Shown: positions 29,242-39,149 of the stretch, one piece after another
How the letters are laid out: the number at the start of each line of letters is the position of its first letter
Numbering within the stretch: the stretch's first letter is position 1
Assembly: GCA_013626165.1 (NCBI GenBank)
Contig: NDHX01000004.1
Location: 565 to 64,564 of the forward strand
Reading direction: 5' to 3'
DNA from: Candidatus Velesiimonas alkalicola
Lineage (GTDB): Bacteria > Omnitrophota > Gorgyraeia > Velesiimonadales > Velesiimonadaceae
Length of the DNA: 64,000 bases
Position numbers and translations under genes: made by a program
Notes under the pieces: model-generated
Told to the model about the DNA's origin: nothing
Database searches by the model: none
What the model saw: only the letters and a program-made list of their open reading frames with translations

Positions 29242-30201
29242 TTATTTTTCCTTCACTGTTATATATGATTGAGCCAAAAGTTCCCCTATAAATTCTGAAA
29301 ACCTGTCTTGTATTTTTTCTTTTTCTAAAGTCATTCTTATTTTGTCCTGTGCTTCTTCAAATAATATGGCATAGCCCGGACGGTGATCTTCTACTTTAAA
29401 GATATAATAATTAGAATTGATCTTGATAGGATTTGATGTCTGTTCCTGTTTAAGCGAAAAAACAATGTCTTCTATTTCTTTCAGCATCTTTCCTTTTTCA
29501 ATCCATCCCACACTTCCGCCTTCTTTTGCAAACGCATCTTTTGAATATTTTTTTGCAACCTCTGAAAAATCCTCTCCCTGCCTTAAAAGGCTTGATACTT
29601 CTTCTGCTGTTTTATTGAAAGAGTCCTCTGTCTGATTTTCTTCTTTTCTCAGTGTAATTTTTCTTAAATAAACTTCTTCATTTTTTTTAAAAAATTCCGG
29701 ATGCTGGTCATAAAAGTCTTTTATCTCTTTGGGTGTAACAATGGCTTTACCCACAACTTCTTTATCAAATATTATTCTTATTGCAGTCTGTTCTTTTAGT
29801 CTTTTTTTAAACCTTTTTTTCGTCCATCCCTGTGCTTTAAGGTTTTTCTCAAACTCTTCTGTGCCCCCTGCTTCTGATTCAAACATTTTAATCTTACCTT
29901 CAATGTGCGCATCCTGAACCTTTATATTCTGTCTTTGAGCCTCCTGATACATCATCTTTTCTTGTATAAGTTGTCTTATCACATTTTGTCTTAACTCTGC
30001 GAGCTTTTTTTCTAATTCTTCGCCCTGCACTTCCGGTTCCTGCAGGAAAAAAGGCAAGAGAGCCTCCTGTATATCGGATTCCATTATAATATCACTGTTA
30101 ACGATAGCAATTATTGCATCAAAATTACCCCGCTCAGGTGCAGCCGCACAATTCAGGCCTGCGAGCAAGATTATTTCTATCAAGAAAAGTAATTTTTTCA
30201 C
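29242..30201 (-). CDS. SurA-like periplasmic chaperone / PpiC-type peptidyl-prolyl isomerase
   Basis: Signal peptide. SurA_N-like helical region. C-terminal parvulin domain (GGSVGWIEKGKMLKEIEDIVFSL...). Confidence 0.7.
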   Translation of the reverse strand: MKKLLFLIEIILLAGLNCAAAPERGNFDAIIAIVNSDIIMESDIQEALLPFFLQEPEVQGEELEKKLAELRQNVIRQLIQEKMMYQEAQRQNIKVQDAHIEGKIKMFESEAGGTEEFEKNLKAQGWTKKRFKKRLKEQTAIRIIFDKEVVGKAIVTPKEIKDFYDQHPEFFKKNEEVYLRKITLRKEENQTEDSFNKTAEEVSSLLRQGEDFSEVAKKYSKDAFAKEGGSVGWIEKGKMLKEIEDIVFSLKQEQTSNPIKINSNYYIFKVEDHRPGYAILFEEAQDKIRMTLEKEKIQDRFSEFIGELLAQSYITVKEK

Positions 30202-32116
30202 TATCTGTTATTTCTCCTTTTTCTTTTACCTGTTCTATAGCATCTTTCAATAATCTACAGTAAAGGTCAAAGCCAACCGCACCTATATGTCCGCTTTGTT
30301 CTATCCCAAGAAGATTTCCGGCACCTCTTATCTGCAGGTCTTCCATAGCAACACGAAAACCAGAGCCGAGCTCTGTCCATTTTTCCATACAAGAAAGCCT
30401 CTCCTTCGCATCTGATGTAAGGATGCTCCTGTCCTGCACTAAAAGATAGCAGGTGGCTGGGATATCTGACCTTCCTACTCTTCCTCTTAATTGATAAAGG
30501 TCTGCAAGTCCGAACATATCTGCATTATCTATAAATATCGTATTTGCATTTGGTATGTCAAGCCCGGACTCTATGATACAGGTGCAAACAAGGACACTGA
30601 TATTTTTTTGTAAAAATTGTTTCATAACATCTTCCAGAACCCGCCCTGGCATCTGTCCGTGGGCAGATGCAATTTTTACACCCGGAACAATAGAAGAAAT
30701 TTTTTTAGCAACCCCTTCTATTGTTTCAACCCTGTTATGCACAAAAAATACCTGTCCGCCTCTTTTAATTTCTTTTAATATGCCTTCTCTTACAATGTCG
30801 CCTGAAAACCGGCAAACTGTTGTTTTTACAGGGATACGAGAAAGAGGCGGTGTATTGATAATAGACATATCCCTTACACCCGTAAGGCTCATATACAGTG
30901 TTCGTGGTATGGGTGTTGCGGTAAGCGTAAGAACATCTACAAGAAGTCTTAACCTTTTAAACCTTTCCTTATGCCTTACACCGAATCTTTGCTCCTCATC
31001 AATTATAACAAGCCCTAAATCTTTAAAACCCATATCTGATGAAAGAAGCCTGTGTGTTCCTATGACAATATCGGTTTTGCCTTCTGATGCTGCCAATACT
31101 GTTGCCTTCTGTTGATGCGGTGTCACAAACCTTGAAAGCATACTTATTTCAACAGGGAAATTCTTGAACCTCTGCTTGAATATAAGGCAATGCTGTTCTG
31201 CAAGAAGTGTTGTAGGGGTAAGTATTGCAACCTGTTTATTGCTCATCACAGCCTTAAATGCTGCGCGAAGTGCTACTTCTGTTTTACCATAACCAACATC
31301 TCCGCAGATAAGCCTGTCCATCGGCTTTTCCATTTCCATATCTTTTTTTGTTTCAAGCCACGACCTTATCTGGTCGGGCGTTTCTGTGTATGGAAACCCC
31401 GATTCAAACTCTTCCTGCCACAGACCATCTTTTGAAAATGCAAATCCTTTTTTTGAAATCCTTACTGCCTGAAGCATCACAAGTCCAGAGGCAAGAGACT
31501 GAACAGCTCTGTATGCTTTTTGTTTTGTCTTCTCCCAGAATTTTGTTCCCAATCTACTTAAGTTCGGAGCTCTTTTATCAATGCCGACATATCTTCTTAC
31601 CATTGAAATATCTTCAATTGGAACATAGAGCCTGTTTTTATCCCTGTATTCAACAACAAGATAATTCTTTAATTCTTCTTTTTCAGGACATTTAAGTTTT
31701 TTCCTCCCTAAATATTTTCCTATGCCATGCTGAAAATGGACAACAAAATCCCCCTCTTCAAAATCTGTAAATTTACTTATGTTTTCAGATTCTATGAAGG
31801 ACTTAAACTGCAAAGAACTAAGACTTTTTATCCCTGCAGGGACAATGATAACAACATTCAATTCTTCAATTATGTTGCCGTCTTTATGATTAAAAGCCGT
31901 GAGCCTTTCTATCCTGTTATCAAAAAGTTCAAACCTTACAGGATGTATTCTATCAAAGGCAAATATATCAATTATATATCCTCTGTGCGAAAAATCCCCG
32001 GGCAATTCAACACAATCTTTCCACCTATATCCTAAAATCACAAAACTGTTTAAGATATCTTCAAAATTAAATATCTGGTCCTTTTGAAATCTTAAAACTT
32101 CTGGAAACTCCGCCAT
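30134..32116 (-). CDS. mfd: Transcription-repair coupling factor Mfd, short form lacking the UvrB-homology N-terminal module and the D7 C-terminus
   Basis: CarD/TRCF RNAP-interacting domain (DFVVHFQHGIGKYLG). SF2 translocase motifs: GDVGYGKT, DEEQRFG, TATPIPRT, LRGRVGR. Only 660 aa against ~1100 aa for canonical Mfd. Confidence 0.8.
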   Translation of the reverse strand: MAEFPEVLRFQKDQIFNFEDILNSFVILGYRWKDCVELPGDFSHRGYIIDIFAFDRIHPVRFELFDNRIERLTAFNHKDGNIIEELNVVIIVPAGIKSLSSLQFKSFIESENISKFTDFEEGDFVVHFQHGIGKYLGRKKLKCPEKEELKNYLVVEYRDKNRLYVPIEDISMVRRYVGIDKRAPNLSRLGTKFWEKTKQKAYRAVQSLASGLVMLQAVRISKKGFAFSKDGLWQEEFESGFPYTETPDQIRSWLETKKDMEMEKPMDRLICGDVGYGKTEVALRAAFKAVMSNKQVAILTPTTLLAEQHCLIFKQRFKNFPVEISMLSRFVTPHQQKATVLAASEGKTDIVIGTHRLLSSDMGFKDLGLVIIDEEQRFGVRHKERFKRLRLLVDVLTLTATPIPRTLYMSLTGVRDMSIINTPPLSRIPVKTTVCRFSGDIVREGILKEIKRGGQVFFVHNRVETIEGVAKKISSIVPGVKIASAHGQMPGRVLEDVMKQFLQKNISVLVCTCIIESGLDIPNANTIFIDNADMFGLADLYQLRGRVGRSDIPATCYLLVQDRSILTSDAKERLSCMEKWTELGSGFRVAMEDLQIRGAGNLLGIEQSGHIGAVGFDLYCRLLKDAIEQVKEKGEITDSEKITFLDRNNLARRPELCGCT

Positions 32117-32149
32117 CCTCAGCCTTATCCTCTATCTTTACCTCTTACG

Positions 32150-32200
32150 CCAGTCACCAGGGCACCAGAGCACCAGAGCACCAGAGCACCAGGGCACCTG
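32150..32200. repeat. GCACCAGR octamer tandem repeat
   Basis: cagtcaccagggcaccagagcaccagagcaccagagcaccagggcacc, between the mfd start and the apbE end. Confidence 0.8.
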
Positions 32201-32211
32201 TTGCCCGTTGC

Positions 32212-33126
32212 CTATCTTATTATCCTAACCTCTACACCCTTTCTTGGGATAAACTCTATATCTTCTGAGATTAAAACATATGTTTTCCCGTGCTGTTTTA
32301 CTACACATATAATAGACACATCTTTTAAGTATTTAAGTCCTGAAAGTCCTGCTATTATGGGTACCTTTGCAAGTGCCTGTGCTTTTGCGCAATTATCTGT
32401 AATGATAGAAGAACTTATAACATCAGTGTTTGCAGATTCACCACTACTGGTATCTATGATGTGTTCTCTTAAATAATTCCCTGATGTTGCAATGCTGGAA
32501 GATAGGGAAAGTGTTCCTAATATTTTTTTATCGTCAATGGGATCCATTAAACCTATGTTCCACGGTTTTCCATTCCTGCCTTTTCCGACCACTCTTATAT
32601 CTCCTCCGCCATCTATAAGTGCGCTTTTTATATCTAATTTTTTAAGAACATCCACAGCACGGTCTATTGCATAACCTTTTGCAATCCCGCCGAGATCAAC
32701 TTTCACATCTTTGTCCTTAAAAAATACCGTCCTGTTTTGTTTGTCTAATATTATGTTTTTCCACCCATCCTTTCTTTTCAAAGATGTTGCTGTAATGTCA
32801 AATATGCCGTCAGTGCCTTTTGAAAAGTTTTGTGACATTTCAATTATTTTAAAAAGATCTTCACATACTTCCACCGGAAAGTTAGCACCGTCTCTGTTAA
32901 GTTTAGAGACACAACTTTCTGAGTCAAACCAGTTCATTATTTTTTCAATTCTTTTTATTTCTTCAAATGCAGACGCAAAGGCTTTTTGAGCAGTTTGCTG
33001 TTCTTCAATAATTGTTATTGAAACAGTTGTCCCTAACAAAACCCTTGTCTGCGTATAGGGATGTACAAACACAGGGAATGATAAACAACAAGCAGTAGAT
33101 AGAAAAAAAAATAAAAAACTTTTCAT
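32212..33126 (-). CDS. apbE: FAD:protein FMN transferase (ApbE family)
   Basis: DLGGIAKGYAID and LIDGGGDI motifs. N-terminal signal sequence/lipoprotein. Confidence 0.85.
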   Translation of the reverse strand: MKSFLFFFLSTACCLSFPVFVHPYTQTRVLLGTTVSITIIEEQQTAQKAFASAFEEIKRIEKIMNWFDSESCVSKLNRDGANFPVEVCEDLFKIIEMSQNFSKGTDGIFDITATSLKRKDGWKNIILDKQNRTVFFKDKDVKVDLGGIAKGYAIDRAVDVLKKLDIKSALIDGGGDIRVVGKGRNGKPWNIGLMDPIDDKKILGTLSLSSSIATSGNYLREHIIDTSSGESANTDVISSSIITDNCAKAQALAKVPIIAGLSGLKYLKDVSIICVVKQHGKTYVLISEDIEFIPRKGVEVRIIR

Positions 33127-33292
33127 TATCTATACCTCTTTTTAATCTGTTCCATACCAATAAATTTATAGTCTTTGCCTTTTGCCACTCTTATAACTGC
33201 ACCTGCAATATTTTTTACACATTCTTATTAAATATTCCTGGTATCACAATGCTTTTTGAAGTCTGCTTTTCTTAGTGCATTTGGTTTGTAAT

Positions 33293-34222
33293 CTAGAATT
33301 TTTCCATAATTTTAATTAGTTCTTCAACTGTGGCTGCGGATTTCTTTAACGCAGCATTTTCCTCTGGAGTAAGTCTCAATTGGATAATTTCTTCAATTCC
33401 ATTAGCTCCTAGTTTAATCGGTACGCCAACGAATAAGCCGTTGATACCATATTCCCCTTCCAGATATGCAGCGCATGGTAGAATTCGTTTTTTATTCAAA
33501 ATAATTGCTTCAACCATTTGTACTGCTGCACTTGCCGGCGCATAATAAGCGCCCCCTGCTTTCAGTAGTTTAACGATTTCCATGCCGCTATTCCGAGTCC
33601 GCTGAATTAACATATCTAATTTTTCTTTCGACAAAATTTCTGGTAAAGGAACTCCGGCTACCGTAGAATATCGCACCAATGGCACCATCGTATCTCCGTG
33701 CCCACCAAGAACTAATGCATAAACATCTTCAACAGAAACATTTAATTCCATCGCAATAAAAGTGCGGAATCGGGCAGTATCAAGAATTCCTGCCATCCCC
33801 ATAACTCGACTTTTCGAAAATCCGCTGGTTTTATATGCTAACTGCGCCATTGCATCTAACGGGTTCGCGACTATAATCAGGATCGCGTTTGGCGAATATT
33901 GTGCGACCTGTTCGGTCACCGGTTTAACGATATTATAATTTGCTTCCAATAAATCATCGCGGGACATTCCCGGTTTTCGCGGAACGCCAGCAGTTATGAT
34001 AACAATATCGGAATATTGCGTATCCGTATAGGAATTGGTTCCAATAACTTTTGTATCATAACTATCTATCGGACCGGTCTGGGTTATATCCAATCCTTTT
34101 CCTTGCGGCATCCCCTCGATAATATCAACTAAAATGATATCTGCAAAATCTTTTTCCGCTAATTTCATTGCCATAGTTGCACCAACATTACCCGCACCAA
34201 TTATACTTACTTTCTGACGCAT
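33293..34222 (-). CDS. mdh: Malate dehydrogenase (LDH-like MDH family)
   Basis: [12 protein letters not shown] Rossmann motif; [17 protein letters not shown]; IVANPLD; GGHGDTMVP. Codon usage is noticeably richer in CG than in the neighbouring genes. Confidence 0.85.
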   Translation of the reverse strand: MRQKVSIIGAGNVGATMAMKLAEKDFADIILVDIIEGMPQGKGLDITQTGPIDSYDTKVIGTNSYTDTQYSDIVIITAGVPRKPGMSRDDLLEANYNIVKPVTEQVAQYSPNAILIIVANPLDAMAQLAYKTSGFSKSRVMGMAGILDTARFRTFIAMELNVSVEDVYALVLGGHGDTMVPLVRYSTVAGVPLPEILSKEKLDMLIQRTRNSGMEIVKLLKAGGAYYAPASAAVQMVEAIILNKKRILPCAAYLEGEYGINGLFVGVPIKLGANGIEEIIQLRLTPEENAALKKSAATVEELIKIMEKF

Positions 34223-34637
34223 AGTAATCTCTTTCTAATTTAATGTAGGAGCGACTCGGGGGTCGGATCTCCCAACCCAATCTTTCATAGTCTTCTTACA
34301 GAAACAGGAGATGTCATTATGAGGGCGAAGCCAGAAGTGACACTGTAATGTGTCATCTCTTCGCGGAAGTTCACCCTTGAGCAAAAGGAATGGTTCAGAA
34401 CGGCGCCTGAAAGAGCAATTACCCCTGCTTGAATCTATCAGGGGCTGAAGGAACTCATTAAAATGAATCTTTGCAGACTCTTTTAAGTAACACATATTCC
34501 CCTTCCCAGGCATCAGAGCACCAGGGCACCAGTTGCCACTTGCCCTTTTAAGTTGCTTCCCCATATTCCAAATCTTGTAATACTAAAATCATATTTTACG
34601 GGGTCATCGGCACATAATTTTATAAAGTTTTTCAAAG

Positions 34638-36266
34638 TTATCTTTCAAAACCTCTATATCTTTGTAATTTTTTGGGAACATACCAATAAATAAAATTATG
34701 CCCTATGCCTGCGGGTGCAACCTCTATGTTATGAAATCTTTTATGGACAATCGGCAATGAGTCTGGGTTAAACAGAAAACAGTACGGTTGTTCATCATAG
34801 AGGATTTTATGCACTCTGTGGTAGATTTGTTTTCTTTTTTCCTTATCAAAGGTTGCCCTTCCTTCTTCTATAAGTCTGTCAACTTCTGGATTCTTATATC
34901 CAACAAAATTAAATTCTCCTTCTTTTGTTTTTGATGAATGCCAGATATCATATAGGTCAGGGTCCCTGCTCAATGACCAGCCTAAAAGGACTGCATCAAA
35001 CTTTCTTTTACCAATAAACTCATTGATAAGACTTTTCCACTCAATTATATTTATTCTGACATCCATCCCGATTGCTTTTAACCTTCTTTGTATTATCTCA
35101 GATGCCATTCTTCTCGGCTCATTTCCCTGATTTGTAATGAGTGTGAACCTAAAAGGCATTCCATCTTTTCTTAAGACTCCGTTTTTATAAACCCAGCCTG
35201 CATCTTTTAACAATTCCTTTGCCTTTTCAGGGTCAAAGGCAGAGGGTTGGACATCTTCATTATATGCCCAACTTCCCGGTATAAAAGGCCCTGTGATCTG
35301 TCTTCCAAGCCCATAAAGAACTCCATCTATAATCTCCTGTTTGTCTATTGCTAAATTTATGGCCTTTCTTACTCTTATATCTGAAAAGAGTGGATTTGAA
35401 AGATTATATCCTAAGTACGTATATGTGAAAGCCGGATACCTAAATTTATTAAAATTTTCTTTAAAGAATTTTGTGCCAGTCTGTTTTGTGTATTGAAAAG
35501 GGTTAAGTCCCATCTGGTCAATACCGCCTGCCCGAAGTTCAAGAAACATAGATGCGGCATTAGGTATTACTCTGTATATATACCTGTCTATGTAAGGTCT
35601 TTTTCCAAAGTATGAATTATTTGCGACAAGTTCTATTTTTTCTGCTGTATCCCATAAAAAAAATCTGTAAGGACCAGTGCCAATGGGATTTCTTGAAAAT
35701 TCTGTTGCATTTAGGTCTTCTTTTTCAAGTAGGTGTTTTGGTATTATGGACATACCCCAGCTTTCAAGTGCTGGGGCAAAAGGTTCACTATATTTTACTC
35801 TTACAGTATATTTATCCAAAACCTCAAGGGATTTTACTCTTTCAAAATCTCCACTGTAAGGGGTCCTTACCTGTGGGTCCGTAAGTTTCTTAAATGTGAA
35901 CTGAACATCGTCTGCTGTAAAAGGAACACCATCATGCCATTTTACATCTTTTCTTAAATGAAAAATTATTGTAAGTCCATCGTCTAAAATCTCCCAGGAT
36001 TCTGCAAGATCTCCTGTAAGATTCAAATTCTTATCATATTTTACAAGACCATTAAATATAAGCCCACAGATCTCATGTGAGGCACCATCTGAGGCGATTA
36101 TCGGAACAAGATTTAAGGCATCTGCAATAGAACCGACTACAATTGCATCTCCATAGGATGGGGTGATAGGGCCAACCGGCTCTTGAATAGAAACTTCTTC
36201 ATTTTTTTTCTGGCAGGCTCCCAAGAACAAGGATGTTAGAAGTAATATCTTAAATATTAGTCTCAT
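34638..36266 (-). CDS. ABC transporter substrate-binding lipoprotein (peptide/nickel, family 5)
   Basis: Lipobox LGAC. SBP_bac_5 architecture of ~540 aa. Confidence 0.85.
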   Translation of the reverse strand: MRLIFKILLLTSLFLGACQKKNEEVSIQEPVGPITPSYGDAIVVGSIADALNLVPIIASDGASHEICGLIFNGLVKYDKNLNLTGDLAESWEILDDGLTIIFHLRKDVKWHDGVPFTADDVQFTFKKLTDPQVRTPYSGDFERVKSLEVLDKYTVRVKYSEPFAPALESWGMSIIPKHLLEKEDLNATEFSRNPIGTGPYRFFLWDTAEKIELVANNSYFGKRPYIDRYIYRVIPNAASMFLELRAGGIDQMGLNPFQYTKQTGTKFFKENFNKFRYPAFTYTYLGYNLSNPLFSDIRVRKAINLAIDKQEIIDGVLYGLGRQITGPFIPGSWAYNEDVQPSAFDPEKAKELLKDAGWVYKNGVLRKDGMPFRFTLITNQGNEPRRMASEIIQRRLKAIGMDVRINIIEWKSLINEFIGKRKFDAVLLGWSLSRDPDLYDIWHSSKTKEGEFNFVGYKNPEVDRLIEEGRATFDKEKRKQIYHRVHKILYDEQPYCFLFNPDSLPIVHKRFHNIEVAPAGIGHNFIYWYVPKKLQRYRGFER

Positions 36267-36290
36267 TGTGTGGTTTGTATAACAGGTTTT

Positions 36291-36632
36291 TTAAGGCTCA
36301 CCCTGAGGCGGTGGCTGGGTCGTTTCAGGTATTTCCGGACTTACAGGTCTTGTTTCTGGTACTGCAGGGACAGATCTTCTTCGTTGCATCAGTGAATCAG
36401 CGGCATTTTTCTGAACAACACCCATTGTAAGACAGGATATCAAAAAAAGACCTGCAAGAACAGCAGTAATCTTTGCAAGTACTACATTTGTCTGTGCACC
36501 AAAAAACTTCTGTGTAGAAGTTACTCCAAAAGCTTCTGAAAGCCCCTCTCCTCTCCCGGGTTGCATAAGAACAGAAATAACAAGAAGCACAGAAATTATA
36601 ATATGTAATGCAAGTAATATAGTATGTAACAT
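36291..36632 (-). CDS. secG: Preprotein translocase subunit SecG
   Basis: Two TM helices with the LMQPGRGEGLSEAFG motif between them. Pro-rich C-terminal tail. Confidence 0.8.
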   Translation of the reverse strand: MLHTILLALHIIISVLLVISVLMQPGRGEGLSEAFGVTSTQKFFGAQTNVVLAKITAVLAGLFLISCLTMGVVQKNAADSLMQRRRSVPAVPETRPVSPEIPETTQPPPQGEP

Positions 36633-36941
36633 TATATCCCCTTTTTATTCTTTTATTATATTACTAAATTAAACTTTTTTCAAGAAATATTTTTTCTTTT
36701 AGGTGTGGTGTGGTATTTATACTACTCCCCCACTTAAAAGTAGGTGAAAATTAGGAGAAAAACAGGTAATGCCGATAATAGCGATGGAAAAGAAGGTAGT
36801 GACAGTAATTACTGTGTATACATTTTATTTTTAAGAGATGATAAAATTGAACCTAACTCATAACGAAGAAATAGATGCAGTTTATATTGAATTTGAAGAA
36901 GCAAAAAAGGTAGTTAAATAACGATATGTTGTATGATATTA

Positions 36942-37697
36942 TTAATTTCTTTTCATCTCCCAGTATTTTGCATAGGAAAATATCTGGTAGAGACTGTCTT
37001 GAAAAGCCATAATAAAACCAATAAAGCCATCACGATAGCCCTTTTTGACAAAATATCTTCTGACAAATCGGTCTATTGCTCTATAGAGATAATGTCCCAG
37101 ACCAACTTTCTTTTTGTTTAACATCTTTTTTGCTTCCAAGTCACTCTGGCTATTTAACTTGGCAAAAAGGTGATTGAAATTTTTCCAGGAATAATGGATT
37201 AAATCACTTTTTAAATGCCCACAACTTCCTTTTAAGAAAGCACGGGGATGAACCGTCGTCTCTTCATAGGAAAAAACATCTTTCTTGAAAAGACGCAGTT
37301 GTCCAGCCGGATAAAAACCACCATGGCGAATCCAATAATTACCAATGTAATTTCTACGCGGTATAGAAAATCCTTTATGAAAAATATCTTTTCTCTTCAG
37401 AAGAGAAGTAATCTCTGTAACCAATTCTGGACTCACCCTTTCGTCAGCATCAAGACTCAAAACCCACTCATTTCTTGCCTGACCGTAGGCAAAGTTTCTT
37501 TTAGCCCCTTCGTTAGCAAGGTTTCCTTTTACCACCTTTGCCTCAAGTTCTCTGGCTATCTCCGCTGTTTTGTCGGTACTTCCATCGTCAAAAAGAATAA
37601 CTTCATCAGCCCATTTCACCGTAGAGAGACAATCTAACAGGTTCTTTTCTTCATTTTTAGCAATTACGACCACTGATACAGGCACTTTGTCTTTCAT
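36942..37697 (-). CDS. Family 2 glycosyltransferase
   Basis: VSVVVIAKNEEKNL...FDDGSTDKT...DADE, the GT2 DxD/DDGS signature. Confidence 0.85.
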   Translation of the reverse strand: MKDKVPVSVVVIAKNEEKNLLDCLSTVKWADEVILFDDGSTDKTAEIARELEAKVVKGNLANEGAKRNFAYGQARNEWVLSLDADERVSPELVTEITSLLKRKDIFHKGFSIPRRNYIGNYWIRHGGFYPAGQLRLFKKDVFSYEETTVHPRAFLKGSCGHLKSDLIHYSWKNFNHLFAKLNSQSDLEAKKMLNKKKVGLGHYLYRAIDRFVRRYFVKKGYRDGFIGFIMAFQDSLYQIFSYAKYWEMKRN

Positions 37698-37844
37698 CTT
37701 CTTGTCTCCTTTTTCTGAATTTATTCAAACGGCTTCTTGGAAAATGTAACGATTGAAGAATTGCCCCCTGAATCTCCCATCCATTCATCATGAAAAGTGT
37801 CAATTTTCACCTACGTCCCTCAGGGCAAAAATAATTTTTACTTA

Positions 37845-37918
37845 AAACAACCGTCCCTTTTTCCGTTTTCATTTCTCAAAAAGTAGCCCGTCCCCTTTTC
37901 TATACCATTTTCCTTTTC
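37845..37918. repeat. Copy of the hicBA-associated upstream repeat, orphan (no TA pair downstream)
   Basis: aaccgtccctttttccgttttcatttctcaaaaagtagcccgtccccttttctata matches the repeats at 38440–38580 and 39150–39270. Confidence 0.75.
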
Positions 37919-37951
37919 TATACCCTTTTCTATATACTGTGGAGTGAAATG

Positions 37952-38137
37952 TTATGGCTTTGGTATTTCAAGGTCTTTACATATTTTCGTGACAAGATAT
38001 TTATCAATTTCTCTGTGACGGGGAACGGTGCTCGCCTTCTTTTTTCTGCGATTTACATATACCGTATGATTTGCACCTTCTCGTAGGAATTCGCATCCGT
38101 TTAACTCAAGATGTCGGATTACATCTTTTCGCTTCAA
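37952..38137 (-). CDS. hicA: HicA-family toxin (mRNA interferase)
   Basis: 61 aa. ...LELNGCEFLREGANHTVY...TVPRH.EI is the HicA/YcfA fold signature. Overlaps the hicB stop by 4 bp. Confidence 0.75.
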   Translation of the reverse strand: MKRKDVIRHLELNGCEFLREGANHTVYVNRRKKKASTVPRHREIDKYLVTKICKDLEIPKP

Positions 38138-38358
38138 ACCGTTACTGCTCCGAAGTCTTCTTTTATAATTTCGAAACCCTTAAGTTCTTCTTCAAAAAGT
38201 TGTCTGTTGGCGTCCAAAATAAGCTGGACCGCTTCAATTAAATTTTTTCTTGCTTCTTCAAGTGTTTTGCCTTGAGTATTCGCTCCTGGAAGTTCTTCAA
38301 TAAAGCCAATATATCCGTATGGCGATTTTTGAAATATTGCCGTTAACTTTTCTTTCAT
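38134..38358 (-). CDS. hicB: HicB-family antitoxin
   Basis: 74 aa. YGYIGFIEELPGANTQGKTLEEARKNLIEAVQL is the HicB/UPF0150 RNase-H-like fold. Confidence 0.75.
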   Translation of the reverse strand: MKEKLTAIFQKSPYGYIGFIEELPGANTQGKTLEEARKNLIEAVQLILDANRQLFEEELKGFEIIKEDFGAVTV

Positions 38359-38439
38359 TTTTATTTTTCTCCTTTTTATCTATATTATGCCACAACGGCC
38401 AATCTCGCAGGGAGGGGTGCAGTTTCTCGCGATCCCTTA

Positions 38440-38580
38440 AGTCGCTTAAAGAGAACGGGTGTATTTATTATTCCCATTTTCTTGTTTGCATCTTTTTCAT
38501 TTAATTAGAACCGTCCCCTTTTCCGTTTTCATTTCTCAAAAAGTAGCCTGTCCCCTTTTCTATATGGAATGTCTTGTTTG
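38440..38580. repeat. ~110-bp conserved repeat upstream of hicB (copy 1), with internal 12-mer direct repeats
   Basis: tatttattattcccattttcttgtttgcatctttttcatttaattagaaccgtccccttttccgttttcatttctcaaaaagtagcctgtccccttttcta. On the minus strand AAAAGGGGACRG occurs twice ~35 bp apart. Confidence 0.8.
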
Positions 38581-38583
38581 GGC

Positions 38584-38772
38584 TTACTTTATTTGTTTTA
38601 TGCCAAGGTCCTTGCATATCTTTCTTGCAAGGTTATCGTTGATTTCTGTATGCCGCGGCACAGATGAACGTTTGTTTTGTTCTGGATTCCACCACCATGA
38701 GTGGCGACTTCCTTCTCTGATAAATTCACATCCTTGCGACCGTAGATGCTTCAGCAGATCATTGCGTTTCAT
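38584..38772 (-). CDS. hicA: HicA-family toxin (second copy)
   Basis: 62 aa; LRSQGCEFIREGSRHS...SVPRHTEI; paralogous to 37952–38137. Confidence 0.75.
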   Translation of the reverse strand: MKRNDLLKHLRSQGCEFIREGSRHSWWWNPEQNKRSSVPRHTEINDNLARKICKDLGIKQIK

Positions 38773-38981
38773 ATAGCAATTTTTTCTTCTACATATCCAG
38801 TTCCTATCGCAGAGAGCGCGTCTTGACGGTTAAATTCAAGTGCCTCTTTCAGAGTGGCTCGGAGGCTTTCCATTAACTCTTCACGAGTATGTTCTTGACA
38901 GTTTACCCCTGGAATTTCCCCTATCCATCCAATCCACCAATCACCCTCTTGCCTTACTATAGCCGTATATTCTGTATCCAT
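38769..38981 (-). CDS. hicB: HicB-family antitoxin (second copy)
   Basis: 70 aa; EGDWWIGWIGEIPGVNCQEHTREELMESLRATLKEALE; 4-bp overlap with the downstream hicA. Confidence 0.7.
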   Translation of the reverse strand: MDTEYTAIVRQEGDWWIGWIGEIPGVNCQEHTREELMESLRATLKEALEFNRQDALSAIGTGYVEEKIAI

Positions 38982-39149
38982 AATTTGCCCCCTTTCAGAT
39001 AATGTGATTATACCTTAAAATCCACTAATTCAGGCAGCTATATTTATTGACCTAACGATGAAACTAAAATAAAATTAAAGGGGCCTGTTGTTCTCGCTCA
39101 TTAATTCGGTAACTTTTTCAAGTTTATCAAAAGGTGTCATGGGGACTCT

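Noticed and set aside
34270-34310. tRNA-like T-arm (gggggtcggatctccc)
   Set aside because: The loop sequence is not TΨC-like and the stem pairs poorly. No acceptor/CCA context or other tRNA arms are found.
34235-34564. 109-aa minus-strand ORF as a real protein
   Set aside because: Cys/Trp/Arg-rich with no RBS and atypical composition. The region is better explained as structured non-coding DNA.
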